DNA of 64,000 bases. Origin: Gammaproteobacteria bacterium (GTDB taxonomy: Bacteria; Pseudomonadota; Gammaproteobacteria; GCA-002705445; GCA-002716945). The notes below the pieces were generated by a model, which saw only the letters and a list, made by a program, of their open reading frames with translations, was not told the DNA's origin and ran no database searches. Positions 37,755 to 49,103 of the stretch are shown piece after piece (within the stretch, counting starts at the first letter, position 1; every line of letters begins with the position of its first letter). The position numbers and the translations under genes were made by a program. The DNA lies in assembly GCA_047611265.1 (NCBI GenBank), contig JBLFWM010000001.1:82155-146154 (forward strand), in the 5' to 3' direction.

Positions 37755-38839
37755 AATTTCTGTATAATACTTTTTAGCTTAGAGAAATGTCTCTGATAAT
37801 CATAATGTTCACTAGCAAATATTTTAGCATTATTTGATAGTTTTATCCTAAGCTCTTCTGACTTATAAATAGAAATTATTTTTTCACTTAAAGATTTATA
37901 GCTTTTTGACTCAAATAACAAACCATTATGATTATCACTGATGATCTCAGGGACACCACCTGCATTACTACCAATGACCGGGGTTCCCATTAACATAGAT
38001 TCAGCAACAACTAGACCGAATGTTTCTTCATAAGTAGGTAAAATAATTAAATCCAGCATTGGCATCAATTTCATTGGAGATTCAATAAAAGGAGCAAAAG
38101 CAACTCGATGACTCATCTTGTATTTATCAATCATTTCAATTAAACCATTCTGATAATTAGGGTCCATGCAATGCCCTACTACAACTAATTGTATATTTTT
38201 TTCTGATAATAAATTTAAAGCCTCAATTACTAAATGCTGGCCCTTTTGTTCTTCTATACGCGAGAAAACTCCGATAGTAAAAATATCTTCTTTTAGTTTC
38301 AGATTATTCAAGAATATTTTTTTATCATAGATTTTATTATTATCAGGCAATGAAATTCCATATGGCAACTCAATTATTTTATTATTATCTATTGGCAAAT
38401 ATTTTTGACAATCAATAAGTAAACCTTTGGTTATAACTAAAACAACACTAATGCTTTTATAGATAAAATTATGGTAAAAATCTTTTTTATATCTAGTTAT
38501 TTTCATCTGTCTATGATAAATAATTTTTATCTGTTTTTTTGAAAATAATTTTACGAGAGCAGCAAGAAATAAATCTTTGGTCCAGCTTACATGAACTACC
38601 TTGATGTTTTCTTTATTGACGTAGCTAGCTAATTTATAAGATTTATAAAAAATATTAAATATTGAAGTTTTAGTTACTCCAATCGTAGGTGACTTAATTA
38701 ATTTTAAAATCTGACTATCTTCTTTACAAATAGCAACTATATTCTTTTCACTAAAATGAAAATGGTTGACCATGTTGACAAAATATAGCTCTAAGCCGCC
38801 TTTGTCAGGTGATGTACATATTGCTAGTATCTTGTTCAT
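37751..38839 (-). CDS. GT4 glycosyltransferase
   Basis: GGLE, RIEEQKG, ETFGLVVAESM, GGVPEII. Confidence 0.85.
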   Translation of the reverse strand: MNKILAICTSPDKGGLELYFVNMVNHFHFSEKNIVAICKEDSQILKLIKSPTIGVTKTSIFNIFYKSYKLASYVNKENIKVVHVSWTKDLFLAALVKLFSKKQIKIIYHRQMKITRYKKDFYHNFIYKSISVVLVITKGLLIDCQKYLPIDNNKIIELPYGISLPDNNKIYDKKIFLNNLKLKEDIFTIGVFSRIEEQKGQHLVIEALNLLSEKNIQLVVVGHCMDPNYQNGLIEMIDKYKMSHRVAFAPFIESPMKLMPMLDLIILPTYEETFGLVVAESMLMGTPVIGSNAGGVPEIISDNHNGLLFESKSYKSLSEKIISIYKSEELRIKLSNNAKIFASEHYDYQRHFSKLKSIIQKL

Positions 38840-38880
38840 AAATATTAGAATATTATAGCAAAATTGAATAGATTAAGGTA

Positions 38881-38889
38881 TGGTATAAT
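38881..38889 (+). promoter_or_regulatory. extended -10 promoter element for the UDP-GlcA decarboxylase gene
   Basis: TGgTATAAT, 22 nt upstream of ATG 38912. Confidence 0.45.
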
Positions 38890-38911
38890 TTTTTAAAGTG
38901 AAATAAAATAT

Positions 38912-39844
38912 ATGAAAAAAATCTTAGTTACAGGTGGCGCAGGTTTCATTGGTTCGCATTTATGCAAAAAGCTTCTTGATGAAGGTAATGATGTTTTATG
39001 TATTGATAATTATTTTACTGGCACTAAAGAAAATATAAGAGATCTCTTTAAGAGCACGTACTTTGAAGCTATAAGGCATGATATCTGCTTTCCTTTATAT
39101 GTAGAAGTTGATGAAATTTATAATTTAGCTTGCCCAGCCTCTCCTATTCACTATCAGTATGACCCTGTCCAAACAACAAAAACAACAGTGCATGGTGCTA
39201 TCAATATGCTTGGGTTAGCAAAAAGAATTAATGCCAAAATATTGCAAGCATCTACGTCAGAAGTCTATGGCGATCCTGATGTGCATCCACAAGTTGAAAG
39301 CTATTGGGGTAATGTTAATCCCATTGGTCCGAGAAGTTGCTATGACGAAGGGAAAAGATGTGCAGAAACTTTATTTTTTGATTATAATAGACAGCATAAA
39401 TTAGATATTAAAGTAGTAAGGATATTTAATACATATGGTCCCAATATGCATCCCAATGATGGGAGAGTTGTCAGCAACTTTATAATGCAAGCCTTAACTA
39501 ATAAAGATATTACAGTATATGGAAATGGAGAGCAGACAAGATCATTTTGCTATATTGATGATTTGATTAACGGGATGATAAAAATGATGTCATCAAAAAA
39601 AACAACTACTGGGCCTATTAACTTAGGTAATCCTGTAGAATTTAAAATTATTGAGTTAGCTCAAATGATAATTAAACTTACTAATTCAAAGTCTAAAATT
39701 ATAAATAAAGGGTTACCGGTAGACGATCCAGTTAGACGTAAGCCTGATATTAGTAAAGCTAAAAAATATCTTGATTGGGAACCTCATGTAGACGTGGTAG
39801 ATGGCCTTAAAGAGACAATAGCTTATTTTAAAAAAAAGATTTAA
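38912..39844 (+). CDS. UDP-glucuronate decarboxylase (UDP-xylose synthase)
   Basis: [41 protein letters not shown]. Confidence 0.9.
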   Translation: MKKILVTGGAGFIGSHLCKKLLDEGNDVLCIDNYFTGTKENIRDLFKSTYFEAIRHDICFPLYVEVDEIYNLACPASPIHYQYDPVQTTKTTVHGAINMLGLAKRINAKILQASTSEVYGDPDVHPQVESYWGNVNPIGPRSCYDEGKRCAETLFFDYNRQHKLDIKVVRIFNTYGPNMHPNDGRVVSNFIMQALTNKDITVYGNGEQTRSFCYIDDLINGMIKMMSSKKTTTGPINLGNPVEFKIIELAQMIIKLTNSKSKIINKGLPVDDPVRRKPDISKAKKYLDWEPHVDVVDGLKETIAYFKKKI

Positions 39845-39849
39845 AAGGA

Positions 39850-40863
39850 ATGGCAAAAAAAATTCAAAAAATCTTGATAATCAGAAATGATAAGATTGGA
39901 GATTTTACTTTAATATTACCCGCAATTGCTTCATTAAAAAAAAATATCCCAAATTCTAAAATAGTATGTCTTGTATCAAAAAATGTAGAAGAGCTTGCTC
40001 AGCAGTGCGAATTTATTGATGAAGTAATAGTGGATAAAAAAATCAAAGATCTTTATCTCCCATTAAAAGAATATAAATTTGATATGGCGATATCATTTTT
40101 TTCAACATTTAGAATTGGGTATTTACTAAAAAAATTAAATATACCTTTGAGGCTAGCGCCCAAAACAAAACTAGCTCAAATATTTTATAATCATAAATTT
40201 TATCAAAAAAGGTCTAAATCTAAAAAACCAGAATATGAGTATAATATAGATCTTGTATATGAGGCATTTAGAATAATGAATATCTCTGATATTGAAGAAA
40301 TGAGTCTTGGCCCATATTTAACATATGACTATGAAATAGTTGCTAAAAATAGAATTAATTTTATAAATGAATATAATCTAAGTCCAGATAAAAAAATAAT
40401 ATTTTTACATCCAGGAACAGGTGGCTCATCAAAAGGGTTAAGTTTAGACGATTTTGGAAATATATGTAGAGGTTTAAGAAAGTTTGATAATTATAATTTC
40501 TTGATTCATTGCTCGCAAGAGGAAGAGCAAATTGCTAAAAATTTAAAAATTAGCGTTGATAGCGAGGTGACAATTAGAGTAATTGAACCTAAAAAAAGCA
40601 TCTTACATATGATTAGCAATATAAGTGTTTGCGATATATTTATTGCTGGTTCTACCGGACCGTTACATGTTGCTGGCGCTCTAAATAAGAGAACTATAGG
40701 ATTTTATCCAAAAAAGAAATCATCAACGAGTCTAAGATGGGAAACAATAAATAATTTTGAAAATAAATTATCTTTTACTGATGTTGGAAATAATAGAAAT
40801 TTTATAAGTATAGATATTAAAAAGTCACTTCTAAAAATGCAGAGATTTATCTCATCAATCTAA
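39850..40863 (+). CDS. GT9-family glycosyltransferase
   Basis: RNDKIGD, HPGTGGS, STGPLHVAGA. Confidence 0.8.
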   Translation: MAKKIQKILIIRNDKIGDFTLILPAIASLKKNIPNSKIVCLVSKNVEELAQQCEFIDEVIVDKKIKDLYLPLKEYKFDMAISFFSTFRIGYLLKKLNIPLRLAPKTKLAQIFYNHKFYQKRSKSKKPEYEYNIDLVYEAFRIMNISDIEEMSLGPYLTYDYEIVAKNRINFINEYNLSPDKKIIFLHPGTGGSSKGLSLDDFGNICRGLRKFDNYNFLIHCSQEEEQIAKNLKISVDSEVTIRVIEPKKSILHMISNISVCDIFIAGSTGPLHVAGALNKRTIGFYPKKKSSTSLRWETINNFENKLSFTDVGNNRNFISIDIKKSLLKMQRFISSI

Positions 40864-41862
40864 GTATTTAGTAGACTTATTAAATATTTCTTCAGCACTA
40901 ATATTATTAAGACAGTTCAGGTGCTGTAAAGGGCATTCTTTCTTAAAACATGGGCTACATGTTAAAGCCTTGTATATTACTTCGCCAAACTGATCTTTCA
41001 TTAATGGTGGCGTATAAAATGGTGACGAAGAACCGAATATTGAAATTAAATTAGTGTTAACTGAGGCTGTAATATGCATTAATCCAGAATCATTTGTAAT
41101 CACTAAGTCCACTAATGATAGAAGATAAGTAGCTTCTTCAAGACTAGTTTTTCCTAATAATGAAATGACCGAATCTTTTTTTAAGACGCTTTGATATTCT
41201 GTCTCAAGACTTTTATTTTTTCCAAGCAAATAAACATTGTAATTTTTTTCCTTATAAAAATTAGTTAGCTGTATCCATTTATCAGCTGGCCATCTTTTAG
41301 CTGGCCCATATTCAGCCTCTGGACATAAGACTATATTTTTTTTAGAATTATTAATTAAATATTTTTTACCAATCAATTCAGATAAATCTCTATTAATTGA
41401 AAGTGAGGGTCTAATACTATCTGAATAAGAGCCGTCTGCTAGTTTCAAATACCGGTTAACCATACTGTCTTTATATTTAATTAGAGAATATTTTTTATTT
41501 AACAAAAATAATCTTAGCTCTCTGTTGTAACCAATCCTGAGTGGTATATTTGCCAACCAAGGAATAATCGCTGACTTGAAGCTATTGGGAAGTATTATCG
41601 AAGTTGTATATAAGTGTTTTTTTATCTTTTTTGCCAACAGATACCTTTTCATTAAGCCTAATTCCTTATGCCTAATATCTAGAGGATAAACATTTTGAAC
41701 CTCTGGCATCATCTTTGCCAGTTTAATTAATTCTGGCTTAACAATCATATCAATTTGACAGTTTAGATATTCTTTTTTTAAATGCTTGAGTAATGACTGA
41801 GAGATAATTAAGTCACCAATCCAAGAAGGAGCGATAATTAAAAAAATTTCTTTTGAACTCAT
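40855..41862 (-). CDS. waaF: LPS heptosyltransferase II
   Basis: PSWIGD, LPNSFKSA, AEYGPAKRWP, NDSGLMH, FGSSSP.YTPP, CSPCF..ECP. Confidence 0.88.
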   Translation of the reverse strand: MSSKEIFLIIAPSWIGDLIISQSLLKHLKKEYLNCQIDMIVKPELIKLAKMMPEVQNVYPLDIRHKELGLMKRYLLAKKIKKHLYTTSIILPNSFKSAIIPWLANIPLRIGYNRELRLFLLNKKYSLIKYKDSMVNRYLKLADGSYSDSIRPSLSINRDLSELIGKKYLINNSKKNIVLCPEAEYGPAKRWPADKWIQLTNFYKEKNYNVYLLGKNKSLETEYQSVLKKDSVISLLGKTSLEEATYLLSLVDLVITNDSGLMHITASVNTNLISIFGSSSPFYTPPLMKDQFGEVIYKALTCSPCFKKECPLQHLNCLNNISAEEIFNKSTKYLD

Positions 41863-41864
41863 AA

Positions 41865-42815
41865 TTATTTTGATAACCAGTCTAAATAAGACTTAACACC
41901 TTCTTCTAGATTAATAAAATTATCAGAATACCCCTTGGTCTTTATTTTTGACATATCAGCCTCAGTAAATGCTTGGTACTGGTTTTCTAAATTATCTGGA
42001 AAACTTATGTAATTTATAGATCCTTTTTTATAGTAATCTAAAACACAATTTGCTATATCATTAAATGTTCTACTTTTCCCTGTTCCAACATTATATATTC
42101 CAGATACTCCTGGATTTATTTTAAACCAATTATTTACCTTTACTGTATCATCTACATGTATAAAATCTCTTCTTTGCTCTCCATCCTTATATCCATGGCT
42201 ACCTTTAAAAAGATTAATACTGCCTGATTTATTCATCTGAGTGAAAAAGTGATATATAACGCTAAACATCCCTTCTTTGTGAAATTCTCTTGGTCCAAAT
42301 ACATTAAAGTACCTTAATCCTACAACTTGCGAAGTAATTTTTTCTCTATGAGCACGGTAGTACTGATCAAATAATAATTTAGATTCAGCATAATGATTAA
42401 GAAATGATTCATGCTCAGGTTCTTCTATAAATAGTTTAGTTTCTCCATAGACTGACGCAGAGGACGCATAAATTAATGAAATTTTATTATTAGCAGAATA
42501 TTTTAAGATATCTTTTGAATACTTAAGATTTGTTGACATTATGTAGTCTCTATCAGGCTCTGTAGTTTTCGAACATGCTCCTAAGTGAAATATATTGCTG
42601 ATCTTGCCTTTATACTTTGATGAATTATTGTTTATATCATTAATAAACGTATTTTTATCTATACAGTCAATGTACTTTAAATCATCAAGATTTTTAAATT
42701 TTTTAAGATAAGTGTCCATTTCTTCTACAATTAAGATTTCTTCATCTTGATTATTGTTTAAAAAATTGACTAGATTGCTGCCAATAAAGCCAGCTCCACC
42801 AGTAATTACTAACAT
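41865..42815 (-). CDS. hldD: ADP-L-glycero-D-manno-heptose 6-epimerase
   Basis: [49 protein letters not shown]. Confidence 0.9.
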   Translation of the reverse strand: MLVITGGAGFIGSNLVNFLNNNQDEEILIVEEMDTYLKKFKNLDDLKYIDCIDKNTFINDINNNSSKYKGKISNIFHLGACSKTTEPDRDYIMSTNLKYSKDILKYSANNKISLIYASSASVYGETKLFIEEPEHESFLNHYAESKLLFDQYYRAHREKITSQVVGLRYFNVFGPREFHKEGMFSVIYHFFTQMNKSGSINLFKGSHGYKDGEQRRDFIHVDDTVKVNNWFKINPGVSGIYNVGTGKSRTFNDIANCVLDYYKKGSINYISFPDNLENQYQAFTEADMSKIKTKGYSDNFINLEEGVKSYLDWLSK

Positions 42816-42930
42816 ATTGATTTATTCCATTTAATTAGACTAAGTAAGATTATATAAAACAAATCATAATTTGACTAATAAAAGATAATAAGTATTGTTA
42901 AGGTACAATTGATACTGATACAATCTGTTT

Positions 42931-43428
42931 ATGAAGAAATCTGAGATATTAGTAGCTATAATCATGGGATCTAAATCAGATTGGCCTACCATGAAAAATA
43001 CAGCTCTCATGTTTGATAAATTAAAAATTAAATATGAGGTTAAGGTGGTTTCAGCGCATAGAACGCCAGACCTTCTTTATGACTTTGTGTCATCTGCAGA
43101 CTCAAAAGGAATTGAAATAATTATTGCAGGTGCAGGTGGATCTGCACATTTACCAGGAATGGCTGCTTCAAAAACACACCTACCTGTTATTGGTGTACCA
43201 ATTAAGTCCAAAAGCCTAGATGGATTAGACTCTTTATTATCAATTGTACAGATGCCAAAAGGTATTCCCGTTGCCACAGTAGCTATTGGGAAAAGTGGTG
43301 CAATTAACTCTGCGTTACTAGCCGCAAGTATCTTAAGTTCTAAGTATCCAAAAATAAAGGATGCTCTGATTAAATTTAGAAAGAAGCAAACGGTTGATGT
43401 TTTAAAGAATGGAGACCCTAGAAAATAA
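42931..43428 (+). CDS. purE: N5-CAIR mutase
   Basis: [39 protein letters not shown]. Confidence 0.95.
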   Translation: MKKSEILVAIIMGSKSDWPTMKNTALMFDKLKIKYEVKVVSAHRTPDLLYDFVSSADSKGIEIIIAGAGGSAHLPGMAASKTHLPVIGVPIKSKSLDGLDSLLSIVQMPKGIPVATVAIGKSGAINSALLAASILSSKYPKIKDALIKFRKKQTVDVLKNGDPRK

Positions 43429-43429
43429 A

Positions 43430-44506
43430 ATGCGCATTGGAATTCTTGGTGGCGGACAGTTAGCAATGATGATGATTCAAATGTCTGCAAAACATAATAT
43501 TGACTTCATAGTTGTGGACCCAAGTGATAATCCACCAGCATCAAAATATGCTCAATGTATTAAATCTGACTATAATGATAAAGACTCTCTAGATCGTTTG
43601 ATTAATGAATGTGATATTGTGACCATAGATTTTGAAAATGTACCATCGGAAGCATTAAAATATTTAGAAAATAAAATTTCTGTATACCCAAGCTCGTATG
43701 CGGTAGAAATTTGCCAAGATAGACTTAAAGAAAAAAAAATATTTAATAAACATAATATTCCAACAACTGAATTTCATACTGTTAATTCCATAAGCGATCT
43801 TTCTCTAGCCATTAGTATCCTTGGAACTGACTCAATTCTAAAATCAAGAAGATTGGGTTACGATGGTAAAAACCAAATTACAATTAATAAATATAGTGCA
43901 GAAGAGGCATGGTTACTATCTGGAGAAGCAGAAGCCATTCTTGAAAAAAAAGTAGATTTTAAAACTGAATTATCAATAATAGGGGTCTGCCCTAAATCAT
44001 CTGAGACAATTTTTTATCCTCTTGTTGAGAATTTTCATAGAGATGGGATATTAAACCTTAGTATTGCTCCGTATAATAATACCAAGCTCCAAAAATTGGC
44101 AGAATCATACCATAATAAAATAACTAAGGAGCTGAATTATACCGGTGTATTAGTAATAGAATTTTTTCTAGATAAGTCTGGAAGCCTGATTGCCAATGAA
44201 ATGGCACCCAGGGTACATAACTCAGGTCACTGGACTAATGAAGGTGCTAATATTAGCCAATTTGAAGCTCATGTTATGGCAATTGCAGATATCAATATTA
44301 AGAATATCTCAATTAATGGTAATTCTGCAATGCTAAATATAATATCAAAAATGCCTGAAAATATATTAATAAATAATAATTACAAATTATATGACTATGG
44401 AAAATCAGAAAGATTAAATAGAAAGCTTGGACACATAACAGTGAATAATAATGACAAGAAAGACTTAATGAAGGATGTAGAAAAAATTAGTAAATCAGTT
44501 TTTTAA
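43430..44506 (+). CDS. purK: N5-CAIR synthetase
   Basis: GILGGGQL, FENV, GYDGK, NEMAPRVHNSGH, RKLGH; start moved to ATG 43430. Confidence 0.92.
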   Translation: MRIGILGGGQLAMMMIQMSAKHNIDFIVVDPSDNPPASKYAQCIKSDYNDKDSLDRLINECDIVTIDFENVPSEALKYLENKISVYPSSYAVEICQDRLKEKKIFNKHNIPTTEFHTVNSISDLSLAISILGTDSILKSRRLGYDGKNQITINKYSAEEAWLLSGEAEAILEKKVDFKTELSIIGVCPKSSETIFYPLVENFHRDGILNLSIAPYNNTKLQKLAESYHNKITKELNYTGVLVIEFFLDKSGSLIANEMAPRVHNSGHWTNEGANISQFEAHVMAIADINIKNISINGNSAMLNIISKMPENILINNNYKLYDYGKSERLNRKLGHITVNNNDKKDLMKDVEKISKSVF

Positions 44507-44835
44507 TAAGATCTCTTTCCGTCAAAAACACAAACAAAATAACAGCCCTCAGATCCAGCGTGAACCTTATGGAAAACACCATCTTGAATTAGAACAGTAT
44601 CGCCTACCTTTACAAGGATTTCTTTATCATCCAACTCCATCTTCCCATGACCTTTTACAAAAAAATATACTTCTTCCTGGCCTTTATGCTTATGACCAGA
44701 TGTACTTTTCATTGGCTTCAAATCTGTGCTACTAATAACAAGGTTTTTTAATAAGTTATTATCCTTAACAACGTACCGATCATCTTCCTTGGTTATTTTT
44801 CCGCCGATATCATTAATATTAATCAGTGTACTCAT
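44503..44835 (-). CDS. cupin domain protein
   Basis: GHKH...EEVYFF, GD...I..GVFH. Confidence 0.75.
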   Translation of the reverse strand: MSTLININDIGGKITKEDDRYVVKDNNLLKNLVISSTDLKPMKSTSGHKHKGQEEVYFFVKGHGKMELDDKEILVKVGDTVLIQDGVFHKVHAGSEGCYFVCVFDGKRSY

Positions 44836-44847
44836 ATAAATGTACCT

Positions 44848-45231
44848 TCATTCCATCAAACTAACATTGCCATAAGTGTTTGAATCTAATATTTTATTCT
44901 CGCCATCAACATGTATGACTTTTGGTTTATGATTTTTTATTTCTTTACTATCTATATCCACATAAGTACATATAATGATTTTGTCGCCAATTGACACCTT
45001 ATGACAACATGCTCCATTTATGCAAATATTACCTGTTTCCGCTTTACCCTTAATTGCATATGTAGTGAATCTCTCACCGTTGGTAATATTATAAATATCA
45101 ATTTTTTCATGAACACTTATGCCAGCTGCATTTAATAATGAAATATCTATCTCACAAGAACCTTCATAGTCCAACTGAGAATCAGTGACGGTAGCTTTAT
45201 GTATTTTTGAGCTTAAGAATGATTTTTTCAT
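44848..45231 (-). CDS. panD: aspartate 1-decarboxylase
   Basis: KIH.ATVT, YEGS self-cleavage site, NGERFTTYAI, CINGA. Confidence 0.92.
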   Translation of the reverse strand: MKKSFLSSKIHKATVTDSQLDYEGSCEIDISLLNAAGISVHEKIDIYNITNGERFTTYAIKGKAETGNICINGACCHKVSIGDKIIICTYVDIDSKEIKNHKPKVIHVDGENKILDSNTYGNVSLME

Positions 45232-45255
45232 AAGTATAATCTATAGTTGGTCAAA

Positions 45256-46104
45256 TTATACCTCAATATTATCAATTAATCTAACGCCTGATATATAAAA
45301 TGCTACAAAGAGCATTAGATTATCAGTACTATTTTTTTGTTTTATAGAAAAACCATCCGAGGATAATAATTCTAAGTATTCTACCTTAATACCCATGACA
45401 GACAAGGAATCTATAGATTTTTTCTGAAGTTCTGCGTAATTATAATTACTATTAATACGTATGGATTCTTTCAAAGAAATTAATTCTCTATAAACAAATG
45501 ATGCAATATCTCTTTGTGATAATGTCAATTTATTGTTTCTAGAACTCATGGCTAGCCCGCTATTCTCTCGTATTGTATCGCAAGAAATAATTGATATTTG
45601 ATTATTAAAATATTTCTTGGAAATATACTTAATCATCATCAGCTGCTGGTAATCTTTTTTTCCAAAATAAGCTATTGATGGCTTTATAATTTCAAATAGT
45701 TTCTTAACAATTTTAAAAACACCAAGAAAATGTCCGTCCCTATATTTTCCACATAATATATTCATATACTCAGGTAAATCAAAAGATTCTAATTCATTAA
45801 TATCTTTTAGTATTTCATCCTCTGAAGGCATAAATAAACAATCCACCTTATTCTTTTCTAATATTTTAATATCAGAATCAATAGATTTAGGATAACTTTT
45901 ATAATCATCTGAATTATTAAACTGAAGTGGGTTAACAAATAATGATACAATTTTTTTATTTTTTATAAGATTAGGCTGAAAAAGAAGACTTTCATGTCCC
46001 TTATGTAGATTTCCCATAGTTGGGATTAATGAAATATTTTCGCTCTTCTTAGCGAGAGAATTGCAATAATCTATTTGATCTTTAATGGATGTGATTATTT
46101 TCAA
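45256..46104 (-). CDS. panC: pantoate--beta-alanine ligase
   Basis: PTMGNLHKGH, FVNPLQF, FGKKDYQQ, AMSSRN, RLIDN. Confidence 0.93.
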   Translation of the reverse strand: MKIITSIKDQIDYCNSLAKKSENISLIPTMGNLHKGHESLLFQPNLIKNKKIVSLFVNPLQFNNSDDYKSYPKSIDSDIKILEKNKVDCLFMPSEDEILKDINELESFDLPEYMNILCGKYRDGHFLGVFKIVKKLFEIIKPSIAYFGKKDYQQLMMIKYISKKYFNNQISIISCDTIRENSGLAMSSRNNKLTLSQRDIASFVYRELISLKESIRINSNYNYAELQKKSIDSLSVMGIKVEYLELLSSDGFSIKQKNSTDNLMLFVAFYISGVRLIDNIEV

Positions 46105-46105
46105 T

Positions 46106-46879
46106 TTAAAGTTTATATTTGTTAGTATTTGTAATATATTTTTCCAAAATTTTTTTCATCGGATTTAATTTTTTATTTTTAGGTTTAAGAAATCCTGGAA
46201 CTCCATTAAAACTTATTTCAAAGATATCATAAATTACTCTAATCTGCCCATCGCAGCTTTTACCTGAGCCAATGCCAATTACAGGAATATGCAACTTCCC
46301 AGATATTATCTTTGCAACTTGCTCATCTATACATTCAACTATCAACATCTGAGATCCTAATTTTTCAATGAGCATAGCCTCATTAATTAAGCGGTTTGCT
46401 TCATGTATAGTTTTCCCAACTTTCTTATAGCTTGATTTATTCTCAATAGTTTGCGGTAAAATACCAATATGTGAACAGACTAAAATATTATTAGATATTA
46501 AATGCTTGATGACCTCTGTATCTTTTTCTTTAAACTCAATTTTAACCATATCAGCCATATTTTTAGCAATTAATTTCTTAGCATTCTTAAGAGCCTGGCT
46601 CTTAGTCTTATATGAATTTTTTGGCATATCAGCAATAAGAAGTGCTTTTTTAATTCCTCTGGATACTATTTTAGTGTGATAACACATATCATTCATTGTT
46701 ACTGAGTGAGTATTAGGGTTTCCCTGAATAACCTCTCCTAAAGAGTCACCAACCAAGATAATATCTATTCCACAATTATCAGCTAGTTTAGCGAAGCTAG
46801 CATCGTATGATGTAAGAGCGCTTATGCCAATTTTATTTTTTTTTAAAGAGTTAATTTTTTTTAAAGAAATTTTAGGCAT
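46106..46879 (-). CDS. panB: 3-methyl-2-oxobutanoate hydroxymethyltransferase
   Basis: LTSYD, LVGDSLG, ADMP, HIG..PQ, IGIGSG..CDGQ. Confidence 0.9.
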   Translation of the reverse strand: MPKISLKKINSLKKNKIGISALTSYDASFAKLADNCGIDIILVGDSLGEVIQGNPNTHSVTMNDMCYHTKIVSRGIKKALLIADMPKNSYKTKSQALKNAKKLIAKNMADMVKIEFKEKDTEVIKHLISNNILVCSHIGILPQTIENKSSYKKVGKTIHEANRLINEAMLIEKLGSQMLIVECIDEQVAKIISGKLHIPVIGIGSGKSCDGQIRVIYDIFEISFNGVPGFLKPKNKKLNPMKKILEKYITNTNKYKL

Positions 46880-46891
46880 ACACTATGCTCG

Positions 46892-47554
46892 CTAAGATAT
46901 TGGATTAAAATATATTTTACCTTTTATATCTTTATTAATTTCTTCTAGAAGCATGGTATAGCCATGCGGATCATTGACATTAACATTAGATGTATTAATT
47001 ATTAACAAAGGTGAATCTTTATAAGAATGAAAAAATGCAGTGTAAGAGTCAATAATTTTCTGAAGGTAAGCTTCTGTAATATTTCCTTCAAATTTTACCC
47101 CTCTTTCCTTTATTCTACCAACAAGTGTTTGTGCATCTGTCTGCAGATAGATTACTAAACCAGGCTTTTCAATATTAAGCTTGAGTCCATCATGCACCCT
47201 ATTATATAAAAGATATTCATCTGAGGATAAAATTGTTTTTGCAAAAAGCTTATCTTTTTCAATAAAATAATCCGAGATAATATTATGTCTTTTTAGAGCC
47301 TGATATTCCTTACTCTTAAACTCATCGGCCCTTTGTAAGAGGAAATATAGCTGAGTAGCCAAAGCATATTTACTTGTCTTCGTATATTTATTAAATTTAC
47401 CAACATCCTTGTAAAATTTTTCAAGAAAAGGGTTTTCAGAAAAACTCTCTAGCATGAGCTTGCTTTCTAGACTACTGGCAAGCTTCGTTGCAAGCGTGGT
47501 CTTTCCAACACCTATAGGTCCCTCAATAACAATAGATTTATATTTATTTTTCAT
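46892..47554 (-). CDS. deoxynucleoside kinase family protein
   Basis: IEGPIGVGKTT, NPFL..FY, TQLYFLLQR. Confidence 0.85.
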   Translation of the reverse strand: MKNKYKSIVIEGPIGVGKTTLATKLASSLESKLMLESFSENPFLEKFYKDVGKFNKYTKTSKYALATQLYFLLQRADEFKSKEYQALKRHNIISDYFIEKDKLFAKTILSSDEYLLYNRVHDGLKLNIEKPGLVIYLQTDAQTLVGRIKERGVKFEGNITEAYLQKIIDSYTAFFHSYKDSPLLIINTSNVNVNDPHGYTMLLEEINKDIKGKIYFNPIS

Positions 47555-47566
47555 ATTATTTTTTTA

Positions 47567-48013
47567 TTAAATATATTGTAATAACTTACCATACTTTGGA
47601 ATGATGAAATCATAATTCGTTATCTCTTTCAAAGGAATTAACACAAATTCTCTATTAATCATTTCAGGATGCGGTACTATTAGTCGCTCATGATTAATTA
47701 TTAAATCATTATATATAAGTATATCTAGATCTAAGGTTCTAGGACCCCATCTTTTTACCCTCTTACGGTGATGTTTGTTTTCGATGTCTTGCAAAACATC
47801 CAATAATGGAAGTGGTTCATAGTTTGTAATTATTTTTATTACTGCATTTATATAATCAGATTGGTTTTGTGGACCAATAGGTTTTGACTTATAAAGAGAT
47901 GATCTTTTTGTTACTTGTGTTTCAGGCAGATGATTTATATCTCTTATTCCTTTCTCAAGGTGATAAATGGGATTATTTAGATTGCTGCCCAAAGCTATAA
48001 ATACAGTATTCAA
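47567..48013 (-). CDS. folK: 2-amino-4-hydroxy-6-hydroxymethyldihydropteridine diphosphokinase
   Basis: ALGSNL, WGPRTLDLDIL, VPHP...REFV. Confidence 0.93.
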   Translation of the reverse strand: MNTVFIALGSNLNNPIYHLEKGIRDINHLPETQVTKRSSLYKSKPIGPQNQSDYINAVIKIITNYEPLPLLDVLQDIENKHHRKRVKRWGPRTLDLDILIYNDLIINHERLIVPHPEMINREFVLIPLKEITNYDFIIPKYGKLLQYI

Positions 48014-48025
48014 AAGATCTTAAAC

Positions 48026-48376
48026 TTAATTTAGCTTTTCTTTGATTCTAGCAGATTTTCCAGATAACTCTCTTAAGTAGTATAATTTTGCTCTACGAAC
48101 ACTTCCACTTCTCTTAACTTTTATACTAGCAATAATCTTGCTATGTAATTGAAATACTCTCTCAACTCCTTCACCATAAGATATTTTCCTAACAGTAAAA
48201 GATGAGTTAACACCTCTGTTTTTTTTAGCTATAACCACACCTTCATAAAGCTGTATTCTTTCACGCTTACCTTCTTTTACCTTGACTGATACTTCAACAG
48301 TATCACCACTTGAAAATTTAGGATGTGATGTCAGTTGTTCTGACTCTATTTTCTCTATTATCTTATTTATGCTCAT
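48026..48376 (-). CDS. rplS: 50S ribosomal protein L19
   Basis: [36 protein letters not shown]. Confidence 0.96.
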   Translation of the reverse strand: MSINKIIEKIESEQLTSHPKFSSGDTVEVSVKVKEGKRERIQLYEGVVIAKKNRGVNSSFTVRKISYGEGVERVFQLHSKIIASIKVKRSGSVRRAKLYYLRELSGKSARIKEKLN

Positions 48377-49103
48377 TTTCTTTAAACTCAGCTATATATT
48401 CTTTGAGGAGTTTATCATCTTCTTTTGAAAGTTTCACGTTTTTTAGCAATTCAGGTCTCTTTACCCATGTAGCTCCCAATGCTTGCTTTTTTCTCCACCT
48501 TGCTATTCTTTCATGGTCGCCACTAGACAGTACTTCCGGGACCTTTTTGCCATCTATATCATCAGGTCTCGTATAATGAGGGTGGTCTAAAATACCATTT
48601 TGAAAAGAATCTTGTTTAACAGATTCAGGGTCATCTATTGCACCAGGTATTAATCTAGTGATTCCTTCAATTATTGCCATACATCCAGTCTCTCCACCCG
48701 ATATTACATAGTCACCAAGGGATATCTCTTCATCTACTAATTCATCTAAAACCCTTTGATCTACGCCTTCATACCTTCCACATAGAAAGGTTATCTGATT
48801 AAAACTAGATAGAGCTCCAAGCTTTTCTTGTGTTAATATTTGGCCTTGTGGCGAGAGATATACTACATGACCTCTGTCTTTAAGGTTATGAATTGCATTC
48901 TTGATAGGAGGGTACTGTAATACCATGCCAGGTCCACCTCCATATGTTTTATCATCAACTCTTTTATGGATATTGTCAGAATATTCTCTGATATCAACAA
49001 TATTCATATCAATAATATTTTTTGAAATAGTTCTTTTAATGAATCCTGTCTTAGAAAACATAGTGATTAATTCTGGGAATATCGTAAGAATATTAAATTT
49101 CAC
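48363..49103 (-). CDS. trmD: tRNA (m1G37) methyltransferase
   Basis: [35 protein letters not shown]; start moved to GTG 49103 (AGGTGG RBS). Confidence 0.94.
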   Translation of the reverse strand: MKFNILTIFPELITMFSKTGFIKRTISKNIIDMNIVDIREYSDNIHKRVDDKTYGGGPGMVLQYPPIKNAIHNLKDRGHVVYLSPQGQILTQEKLGALSSFNQITFLCGRYEGVDQRVLDELVDEEISLGDYVISGGETGCMAIIEGITRLIPGAIDDPESVKQDSFQNGILDHPHYTRPDDIDGKKVPEVLSSGDHERIARWRKKQALGATWVKRPELLKNVKLSKEDDKLLKEYIAEFKENEHK